Shown here in pieces: positions 27,819 to 35,531 of a DNA stretch of 59,253 nt; position 1 is the first letter of the stretch, and each line of letters begins with the position of its first letter. The DNA lies in the IMG/VR virus record IMGVR_UViG_3300013119_000886, positions 1 through 59,253 of that record. One strand, given 5' to 3'. The position numbers and the translations under genes were made by a program. The notes under the pieces are model-generated. The model saw nothing but the letters and a program-made list of their open reading frames with translations, was not told the DNA's origin and searched no databases. Source of the stretch: a virus. Taxonomy: Duplodnaviria; Caudoviricetes.

Positions 27819-28262
27819 TTACTTCAGCCAAGATTTGGACGCTTTACCTTTAAGTAAGGCTAGATGGTTTTGAATCTGGCGTTCTGGAGTAGATGTATTC
27901 ATATACTGCCTCACTTTTTTTATTTCTTCTACGGTGTCATTTACCCACTCTTGCATACATGCTGTTGATGGCATTTCCCTCACTTGTGTTACTTCTTGAT
28001 AGCGGTAATAGCGCGGGCTTGTTTTATTAAGTTGATATTGGCTACGTTCATTATCATAAGGTACATAACCATTGACACTATAGGCACAACCTTCGTCATA
28101 AGTTTCAAACACTAAACTTTTGTCTATCTCTACAGTTTTTGTAAGTTGCTTTTGTTGATTTACCCTGCCAGATTCACAACGGATTTCAACTAAATAGTCG
28201 TCACCGTCCCAGTTATTGCCAGTAGTATCATTGCAGATTATTACTAGTGACAATAACTTCAC
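27819..28262 (-). CDS. Hypothetical protein
   Basis: Co-oriented 147 aa ORF. Confidence 0.6.
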   Translation of the reverse strand: MKLLSLVIICNDTTGNNWDGDDYLVEIRCESGRVNQQKQLTKTVEIDKSLVFETYDEGCAYSVNGYVPYDNERSQYQLNKTSPRYYRYQEVTQVREMPSTACMQEWVNDTVEEIKKVRQYMNTSTPERQIQNHLALLKGKASKSWLK

Positions 28263-28290
28263 TCTTTATCTGGTTATTAGTGGAGTTGCA

Positions 28291-28494
28291 CTATTCTTCT
28301 TTTACTGATGGATGCCTAATTGTATCCCTACTTATCATATTGCGAGCCTGATATTTACGATGACGTTTCCAGCATTTGTCATCAATATTACTAGGGTAAA
28401 TATCATCCCACTCAGTAGGTACTTGAGTTCTTTTTATACTACTATCTATATAACTTAATTGTAAGGTTCTTCGTGTTTTGGGTTTGCGGTGCAT
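28291..28494 (-). CDS. Small basic hypothetical protein
   Basis: PTEWDDI...KCWKRHRKYQ. Confidence 0.55.
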   Translation of the reverse strand: MHRKPKTRRTLQLSYIDSSIKRTQVPTEWDDIYPSNIDDKCWKRHRKYQARNMISRDTIRHPSVKEE

Positions 28495-28496
28495 GA

Positions 28497-28877
28497 TTAC
28501 ATGTACAATTCTATTACAAAAGGGTTCTTACTTATGTAGTTATCCCATCCGCCTACTGTTGTATCAGATGACCGCCACCTTACTGGGAATATCCTATCCT
28601 GAGTTACTGTACGGCTAGTTTTGATTACTGTAATAGCCGAACCATACTTTGAATATACTTCACCTTCTTTGATACTGCAAGGTGCTGCTCTGAACGTAAA
28701 GCTACTGTTAGTATGGTTATAGCTAACAGGACTGCCATTAAAACCAAATGATTGTTGTTTGGCTTCACACCAACTTACAAATCTGCCAGTTTGACAGTCC
28801 CTAACTCTTGGAGTGTAACCAAGGTTTATACCATTGGCTACTACTCGACTATTCGTTGTACTCATTACTCTATCCAT
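28497..28877 (-). CDS. Hypothetical protein
   Basis: AGGAG SD; VRDCQTGRFV motif shared with ORF 30869-31063. Confidence 0.6.
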   Translation of the reverse strand: MDRVMSTTNSRVVANGINLGYTPRVRDCQTGRFVSWCEAKQQSFGFNGSPVSYNHTNSSFTFRAAPCSIKEGEVYSKYGSAITVIKTSRTVTQDRIFPVRWRSSDTTVGGWDNYISKNPFVIELYM

Positions 28878-28916
28878 TTTTAACTCCTGTTTATAGTCCG
28901 TAGACTTTAAATTAAA

Positions 28917-28959
28917 AGCCTTATGTGAGATTTGAACTCACTCAACCTGCTATAAGGCT
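28917..28959 (-). ncRNA. tRNA-like mini-element (acceptor stem + T-arm only)
   Basis: GCCTTAT-AGCAGGTTGA-GTGAG TTCAAAT CTCAC-ATAAGGC. Confidence 0.7.
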
Positions 28960-29009
28960 ATTGGGCTATTAAGTATAACCGTCCATTTAAGACTAAAGTC
29001 ATCATTTTA

Positions 29010-29210
29010 CTAAATACCCCAATATTGTTGTCTGCTTTTTATTATTCTTATAATGTCTTCATTGGGGTAACAGTCCCTTAGCAATTGTAAAATCACTTCT
29101 ATGTCTTTAGCTAAGATATTTTGACACTGACTTTCACTAACTAATTGTTCATAACGACTGTTAGTGTAATCACTCGATTTTGGTGGTAATTTACTTTGAT
29201 TTATACTCAT
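29010..29210 (-). CDS. Hypothetical protein
   Basis: GGGAG SD. Confidence 0.55.
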   Translation of the reverse strand: MSINQSKLPPKSSDYTNSRYEQLVSESQCQNILAKDIEVILQLLRDCYPNEDIIRIIKSRQQYWGI

Positions 29211-29232
29211 TCTTAACTCCCATATTAGATTT

Positions 29233-29322
29233 TGTTGCGACTATTTGCCACTAATTATATTACTATAATTAGCATGGATAATAAAGGCAAATAGTTTCTG
29301 GTTTAACCTTTGTCAAGCAACA
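29233..29322 (-). ncRNA. Variant hammerhead ribozyme candidate (U3-A8 core), copy 2
   Basis: TGTTGC-TTGACAA-A GGT(taa)ACC A-GAAA-CTATTTGCC[tttattatccat]GCTAATTATA(gtaa)TATAATTAGT GGCAAATAG-TC/GCAACA. Confidence 0.75.
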
Positions 29323-29556
29323 TTAAAACGGTATGGTATGCCAATCTAAATCTAATTGCTCAAACTCTAACTTCTCTAGTAAATTGGAGTGGTAAACAAT
29401 CTGCTCGTCTTCTAGTTCCTCTTTTAATGCTTTTAATTTTTTGCATGCTACACTATATTGCCCATGTAGTAACTCATACTCCACCGCTCGGATTTCAGGC
29501 AATATCTCAAAACTGTAAACCTTATTCTGTACTTCTTCGTCGAATATAACTGACAT
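29323..29556 (-). CDS. Hypothetical protein
   Basis: AAGGA SD; acidic protein. Confidence 0.55.
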   Translation of the reverse strand: MSVIFDEEVQNKVYSFEILPEIRAVEYELLHGQYSVACKKLKALKEELEDEQIVYHSNLLEKLEFEQLDLDWHTIPF

Positions 29557-29578
29557 TTCCTTTAATCTCCTTTTGGTT

Positions 29579-29619
29579 ACCCTGCACTACATATTTAAGT
29601 GGAATAGTGCAGGGTTTTT
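29579..29619. terminator. Intergenic hairpin, terminator-like
   Basis: ACCCTGCACTA/TAGTGCAGGGT with a T-run on the + strand. Confidence 0.5.
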
Positions 29620-29620
29620 C

Positions 29621-29812
29621 TTACCTGTACCTTAGTACACTAAACAACACTTGCCTCTGCTGTTCTGTTATTTTGTTCAGTAACATATACTGTTCAGCAG
29701 GTGGTAATGCTCGGAACTTTCTATTATACTTCTTTGCAATATCCCTTTCACTCTTGCCCATCACTTTTACTAATCTTGTAGGTGTGGAGTGCCTAGCTAT
29801 TCCTTTTGTCAT
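29621..29812 (-). CDS. Small basic hypothetical protein
   Basis: AGGAG SD; overlaps the upstream gene. Confidence 0.5.
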   Translation of the reverse strand: MTKGIARHSTPTRLVKVMGKSERDIAKKYNRKFRALPPAEQYMLLNKITEQQRQVLFSVLRYR

Positions 29813-30230
29813 TGAGAATCTCCTTTACTGCTTTGTTTACTAGATCTAACTTGCTAATAGACTCGTCATATTCTGTTAATTCAAGTTTCATTTGCTCTAT
29901 TATAGTCGCAAGCGCTTCGCTAAATCCTGCCATAATGCTCCTAATAAGAGGAGCATTATTTTTAACGTTACCCCAATATGCAGCGTAGGTAGCAGGGGCA
30001 TAGTCGCAATGGGGTTCTGCATCATTTAACAACCACCACTCGCCGCAGTCGCAAATCAAATTTACAGATTGCGCGTGTTCTTCATGCTCACAAACATAAG
30101 CAGTGAATATCCCTTGATGCAAATGAGTTACTTCATCGAGTAACTCAAATAACTCTATAAAACTGTTGCTAATATGACTTTGCTTTTCTGCTAATTGTTT
30201 GGATACCATCATTATATCTAACATGTTCAT
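29793..30230 (-). CDS. Hypothetical protein
   Basis: AGGAAGG SD; directly downstream of a hammerhead. Confidence 0.6.
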   Translation of the reverse strand: MNMLDIMMVSKQLAEKQSHISNSFIELFELLDEVTHLHQGIFTAYVCEHEEHAQSVNLICDCGEWWLLNDAEPHCDYAPATYAAYWGNVKNNAPLIRSIMAGFSEALATIIEQMKLELTEYDESISKLDLVNKAVKEILNDKRNS

Positions 30231-30250
30231 TTTCCTTCCTTAGTTATTTT

Positions 30251-30320
30251 GTTGCGACTGCTCTAGTATAATAATCACTAGAGCAGTTTCGTCTTAATTT
30301 GCAAAGACTCTTCAGGCAAC
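30251..30320 (-). ncRNA. Hammerhead ribozyme, type I (canonical core, GUC triplet)
   Basis: GTTGC-CTGAAGA-GTCTT(tgcaaatt)AAGAC-GAAA-CTGCTCTAGT(gattattat)ACTAGAGCAG-TC/GCAAC; predicted cut 30256/30255. Confidence 0.95.
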
Positions 30321-30584
30321 TTAGGTGAAGTATCTAGTCATCTTTTACTACTAATTTCTTAATCATTATTTTTTAATCTCCTATGTATTGATTCTAGCCA
30401 AAATATAACACTGGCTATAGCGCAAAATAAACCTTCTTCTTTGTTGCCACTTGACATCAGCACAATGCCTGACAGAAGTGGCAGAATGTTCACTAATTGT
30501 GCTTTCATTACTAACTCCTTTCTTGTTATAGTGAACGCTAGTACTAGCTATGGTAACTAGTACTAGCCGCACGGTTTTCACGCC

Positions 30585-30872
30585 CTAATCACTATCTTCT
30601 TCTTGCTCTAATTGCTCTACTCTCTCATTTAAATCAGCAATGTAATCATCAATAGGTATATCACTAGTCCCTACCATTGTTTCTAACTGTGCTATCCTGT
30701 ACTCTAAGGTTCTTAAGCATTCTTCGGTATCAGACATAGGATTATTAGCACAACTAGCTAATAAGATTACTATTGCAGAAACCCAGATTATTATGAGATT
30801 AGGTTTCCTAACTACACGCCAGGCATTCTGATTATAGTCAAATGTTACTTCTTCTACTCTGCTTCTTCTCAT
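30585..30872 (-). CDS. Putative lipoprotein with coiled coil
   Basis: Hydrophobic stretch followed by an LASC lipobox. Confidence 0.55.
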   Translation of the reverse strand: MRRSRVEEVTFDYNQNAWRVVRKPNLIIIWVSAIVILLASCANNPMSDTEECLRTLEYRIAQLETMVGTSDIPIDDYIADLNERVEQLEQEEDSD

Positions 30873-31063
30873 TTATACACCTCTATTGTTAAATCAGGAC
30901 TCATTGGATTAACTCTAGTTAGATAACAGGTTGCTAAAGAATGGTTGATAAATTTGCCAGTTCGCTTATCTCTCACTACTATTCTTGAACCGGCTAAAGT
31001 TCTACCGTTAAACTTTATGCTATTGCTATTTGCTTCTTGGACTTTCTTCCATGTCTTATACAT
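30869..31063 (-). CDS. Hypothetical protein
   Basis: GAGG SD; VRDKRTGKFI motif. Confidence 0.55.
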   Translation of the reverse strand: MYKTWKKVQEANSNSIKFNGRTLAGSRIVVRDKRTGKFINHSLATCYLTRVNPMSPDLTIEVYK

Positions 31064-31086
31064 TGATAATACCTCTGTAGTTTATT

Positions 31087-31143
31087 TTACTCACCTGCCT
31101 TACGGCTTACCCTAGCGCCTCCAGCGAGTAATTATTGCTAGGA
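31087..31143 (-). ncRNA. Pseudoknotted structured RNA candidate
   Basis: TCCTAGC/GCTAGGG crossed with TTACTCGCT/GGTGAGTAA, plus a GCC(GTAA)GGC GNRA hairpin. Confidence 0.55.
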
Positions 31144-31164
31144 TTGAGGGAAACTAGTTCCCCC

Positions 31165-31359
31165 TTATAATGGTATATCCAAAAACTCTTTGATTGCTTT
31201 GTCACACTCTTCTTTTATGAACGCTTTAAACATTTCTTCCCCTTGCCATGAATAATCTTTCACTGCGACCATTTTCTCTGCAAACATAAGAGCAAATACT
31301 AAATGGTCACATTCTTTATTGCGATCTAATGCTTTTTCCATGCGTTGTTCTAATGTCAT
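31165..31359 (-). CDS. Hypothetical protein
   Basis: AGGAG SD. Confidence 0.55.
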   Translation of the reverse strand: MTLEQRMEKALDRNKECDHLVFALMFAEKMVAVKDYSWQGEEMFKAFIKEECDKAIKEFLDIPL

Positions 31360-31587
31360 TGCTATCTCCTTTTGCTAACCCTGCCAAGAGTAATAACTAC
31401 TCTCTGCTTTTACTAGCACAACATTAAAGGTCAGGTAGCAGTTTTGAGACTTGCCTAGGTCTACTTTACTAATAGATTTTACTAATCAAGAATGTTGTTA
31501 TCAAAGTAGCTATTACAGATAAAGCAAAGGTGAACTCGCCACCTAACGCTATAGTTATTATTATGTCATTGAGTAAATCTATTGTTC

Positions 31588-31803
31588 TCATTGATACTCT
31601 CCTTCTAGTATTCTTGCTATACCTTCTTTTGTAGTTTCAGACAGTGATAGGTAGTAAGCGTTATTGCTATCACAAATTAGGTATGCTACTGAATCTTCAA
31701 TTAGATCTGCTTTCACCTTACAATTACTACAATCAATTCTGCCTTTAAATGGAAACAACTTGCTGCTTTGGGTTATTTTGCCATAACCTATTTTACAATA
31801 CAT
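31588..31803 (-). CDS. Hypothetical protein
   Basis: AGGAGG SD directly after the twister ribozyme. Confidence 0.55.
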   Translation of the reverse strand: MYCKIGYGKITQSSKLFPFKGRIDCSNCKVKADLIEDSVAYLICDSNNAYYLSLSETTKEGIARILEGEYQ

Positions 31804-31821
31804 TGCTAACCTCCTATTGAT

Positions 31822-31889
31822 TTATCCACTCACTAATTTATAAGGGCTTGTGACCTTCTATTACTCTGGTAATAGGCTAGTTTAGAAAG
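31822..31889 (-). ncRNA. Twister ribozyme, type P1
   Basis: TC-TAA-ACTA-GC-CTATTAC(caga)GTAATAG-AAGG TCACAAGC CCTT-ATAAAT-TAGT-GA-GTG-GA. P2, P3, P4, the CAC/GTG and GC/GC pseudoknots and the UAA/GA catalytic loop are all present; P1 is short. Predicted cut 31884/31883. Confidence 0.85.
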
Positions 31890-31924
31890 GTGAATATTGC
31901 TATTCACCCTTTTACTTTGTTTTA

Positions 31925-32080
31925 TTACTCTTTATCTTCTTCCATACTCTCTACTATTGTTTCTATTTTTGCTATAGCAGATTTAACTTCTTTTAGATAA
32001 TACTCTATGTCTACCTTGCGTTCATGATGCGATAAGGCAAAAAACGTTTCGTCTAATATAGTTTGTAATTGCTTGTTCAT
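31925..32080 (-). CDS. Small hypothetical protein (not in ORF track)
   Basis: AGGAG SD; MNKQLQTILDETFF...EEDKE*. Confidence 0.55.
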   Translation of the reverse strand: MNKQLQTILDETFFALSHHERKVDIEYYLKEVKSAIAKIETIVESMEEDKE

Positions 32081-32204
32081 TACTATTCTCCTTACTCTTT
32101 ATTTTACTACTCTGGTACATAGTTTTCTTTAGACCCTATCACTATGGTAAAAAGGGTATAGGTAAACACCGTGTTTACCCAAACACCGTGTTTACCTGTG
32201 TTAA

Positions 32205-33005
32205 TTACGGGTTACGGGTTATTGTGATTCTAGCATTCAATAAGATGGATAATTGTCTAGCAGTTTCCTCATAATCTTCGCGCCAATTATCGACCTTTAC
32301 ATGACCACTGTCTTTGAGATGTCTCATGGAATGCTGGAAGTTTACACCTAGTCCTTCAGGAGGAGTTCTGCCAGCGGCATAATAACAATCTACACTAATT
32401 TCTGTAAATGTCTTTTTGATTCCATCTTTGTGGATTGTCCATTTGAATCTCTTTCCACTAGATTTTCGTTTGCTACTATCACCTTTGCTAGTTATTACAT
32501 CTTCATAATTAAATCTTTCAAATTTGAAAAATTCTGTCCTGAATTTTTCTTCTACATTTGACAGTTCTTCACGTTGTTTCATCTTGAACTCTTCCATTTG
32601 TTCTGTTTGACGTTCCCTGGTACTGGCAATTTCTAATTCGAGTTCGTCATTGTAACGTTTGAAAATTTCTGCTCTTTCTGATTCCTCACGTTTCTTCTTC
32701 TGTTCTAATATGCTAGCAGAAAATCCAGATATAACCGTGTCAACATTCATGTCGAATTTGTCTACCATTTCCTCTAATCTAGAAATATCGTCATCTGAAA
32801 TGATACCGCGCAAATCTTTAAAGATATCCGATTGAAAGATTCTTTTTTTGGCATCTTCAAACGATAGATTGATAGATGTCATTGTTTCTTCACATCCGTT
32901 TTTGTCAGGATGGTTTTCCATTGCTAATTTTCTATATTCTGTCTTTAAATCTTGCATGTTATCAATCTTTTCAAAAAATTTAATCTCCATTTTTCCCCTT
33001 TGCAT
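32205..33005 (-). CDS. J-domain (DnaJ-like) protein with coiled coil
   Basis: LKTEYRKLAMENHPDKNG...MTSIN (HPD motif). Confidence 0.8.
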   Translation of the reverse strand: MQRGKMEIKFFEKIDNMQDLKTEYRKLAMENHPDKNGCEETMTSINLSFEDAKKRIFQSDIFKDLRGIISDDDISRLEEMVDKFDMNVDTVISGFSASILEQKKKREESERAEIFKRYNDELELEIASTRERQTEQMEEFKMKQREELSNVEEKFRTEFFKFERFNYEDVITSKGDSSKRKSSGKRFKWTIHKDGIKKTFTEISVDCYYAAGRTPPEGLGVNFQHSMRHLKDSGHVKVDNWREDYEETARQLSILLNARITITRNP

Positions 33006-33031
33006 TTTAACGACTGCCGTCTTATTTCAAA

Positions 33032-33111
33032 AGGACTAGAAGGAATTGAACCTTGATAATTAAATGTAACATCAACTTAATTATAATCACCAAATAATGA
33101 TTGCTAGCCCC
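33032..33111 (-). ncRNA. Non-canonical tRNA-like element
   Basis: GGGGCTAG/CTAGTCCT acceptor, AATCA/TGATT D-like arm with GG, ATAATTAAG/TTTAATTAT arm with 11-nt loop, and AAGG TTCAATT CCTT T-arm. Confidence 0.6.
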
Positions 33112-35315
33112 TATAAGAAAAATTAAACAAATGCAATTATTGAGTTGTCTAATTTCCCCTATTATGAAGGATTACCCCAATTTCGGGAAAATCCTAGTTG
33201 GAATTTCAAATCCCTAATTTTGTTGTCATGGCAACAATCCGATAGTCTAAATTGTATTTTCTTGATTTTGATTTTAATGTTTTCAATCTTGTCAATAGAA
33301 AGATACAATCTCAAATATCTGATTTTAAATTCTGCTCAAACAAAATAACAACATATTGTTGCAATTTGAACTGCTGCTATGCAAACGTTTTAGATTTCTA
33401 TTTGATAAGAATAGATCTCAAGGTTTCACGTTTCAATCTGCATAACAGGGAAACCTGATTTTAAAGATAATTATCTATTACCTTCAGCAGGAACAAAATC
33501 GAAACAATGTGAACGTAAGAGAATCACATAACGTCATAAAATATTTTGTCAATGCGATGACTGACATTTCCGAATCCCACCCGTTGGCGCGGATGGTACT
33601 GGCCGCTATGTGTGTACGTGCATTGTAAATCTAAGAATAATCTGTGATGATAGAATAGAAACATCTATTTCATTGTTTCCCAATCCTTAAATTTTAAATC
33701 GAATTTGTGTATTTTGCATTTCTGTACAAAAGATTAACGATGTAGATATAATCTCAGAAATGCAGGAAACTCAATGGGCGCTACCCCATCACACCAATAT
33801 TTTATTGTCAAATATCATTTAATCAACAGAATCTACAATTTTCATTTCTATGCGATTTTGAGAATTTGATTGAGCGCTTGACATTGTTTTCTGTTTGTGA
33901 AATTTTTCTTTGTGTTGTGTCGTTTGAAAATCTCTTCTTGCGAATGATCTCTTATAATGCAGCGACAATGCCAGAATTGACATTTTTTGTCAAAAAATTA
34001 AAATTAAATTGTTCTGTCATGACGCCCCGTCAATACTGGCGCGATGCCGTGAAAACAAAAAAATAAATCTGTTTTTTTGTTGGAATGAATTGTAACATTT
34101 GCGAATGTTCACAAATGTTAAAAAATCCGTAGCTATTATTATACATGGTTTTTAGAAATAATTTTGTGAAATGAGATGACAATAAACCAATATTGGATTG
34201 ATGGATGTTATGATAAATCATACGTCTTTTTTTGATATTTATCCTTTTGTATACATCATGAATGTTTATTTCACAAACGTGAAATGAAAGACGATAGAAC
34301 TCAATGGTAGCAAGGATTACAGAGATTATGATACAATGTACGAATTGAAATTGAGCGTTGTAATAATGATACAAATATTCTTGGGAATCAATGACAATAT
34401 CCTGTAATCCTATATCACGTAAGGGATTGCAGCAGTGTGTCAATTAACGGCATAGGATTGTATCAATTTTGCAACAACCCCCTTTATCCCAATGATGATA
34501 CAGGATTGAAGGACGTTATTTTTTAATGATACGATTTTTGACATATTAACAAAGATATGGATATTGGATTTGTGAAACAAATGACGCTTAGACGCCCCCA
34601 CGTCCACGTAGACGAACGTTTGGGTACATCCTATACATATGGTACTAAGGATTCTAAAATGCGTTTAAACACGTCTAATTGCCAAAATAAGAGGTTTTTG
34701 ATTTTTGGGATTAAAAATATACAGATTTTCGATATTTGCGAAATCAACTCTAAAACCAGATACAAATAATAATATTTGTTAATATCAAGTTAATTGGATA
34801 CGTGTGTATTAAAACATTTGTTCTCCCATAATCCACAATATCTATGATAACAGTAGGGAATATTATTTACAGATAATATCAAGACATATTATTCTTGCAT
34901 ATTATTTGAAAATAACATCGCTGAATAAATACGTAATTTACGTAAATAATATATTTAATGTATTTAATGTTTTTAATATAAATAATATTTATTATGCAAC
35001 AAGTGTAAAAAGAGAAATATATTAAACATATTAAAGAAAGTAAATACGTAATAAATAGAAATAAATGCAAATAATCAAAATGCTATAAACGCATTATTTA
35101 CGGATGAAACATATTTTACTGAAATCACTATTGCTGCAATTGTGGAAATATCGGCATAGACCCCCACCATCACTGGGCTGAAGCTATTTATTGCATGTAT
35201 GCTATACCCCTAAACAAATTTCCCCACAACTTTTACAATCATCCGTACATTTCTGTAAACCTTCATATCTTTATAATCGTTAACATATGTAAATTAAGGA
35301 TATGGCTGTGCAATA
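33112..35315. other. Large divergent non-coding region between leftward and rightward arms
   Basis: Gene strand switches here; no credible ORFs; several TTGACA boxes, hairpins and a very AT-rich tract near 34900-35100. Confidence 0.7.
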
Positions 35316-35531
35316 TTGTCGTTCTTATTTTCAGGAATAACTGGAGGAATAATTATGAAAAAGGTAAAAGTAGGAATAACAGAATTCAGGAAGAATTTAT
35401 CATCACACATATCAAGTTTATCTATTAAGAGGGCTATAAAGTTATATAATGGCAAGTTATTAGTTGGCATATTATTACATCCTAGTAAATATAAGGAGTT
35501 AAGTGATGCCAAAGAACGAGCAGGGAATTGA
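35316..35531 (+). CDS. Phd/YefM antitoxin-like protein
   Basis: MKKVKVGITEFRKNLS...NGKLLVGILL; likely start at the ATG after GGAGG. Confidence 0.6.
   Translation: MSFLFSGITGGIIMKKVKVGITEFRKNLSSHISSLSIKRAIKLYNGKLLVGILLHPSKYKELSDAKERAGN

Noticed and set aside
31087-31143. HDV-like/theta ribozyme or SAH riboswitch
   Set aside because: Topology is loosely similar, but the HDV L3 (UCC..), P1.1 and catalytic C, and the SAH 3' pseudoknot, are absent.
33145-35428. Short ORFs listed in the divergent region
   Set aside because: No SD, low-complexity I/F/Y/N-rich translations, and overlap on both strands; likely spurious.
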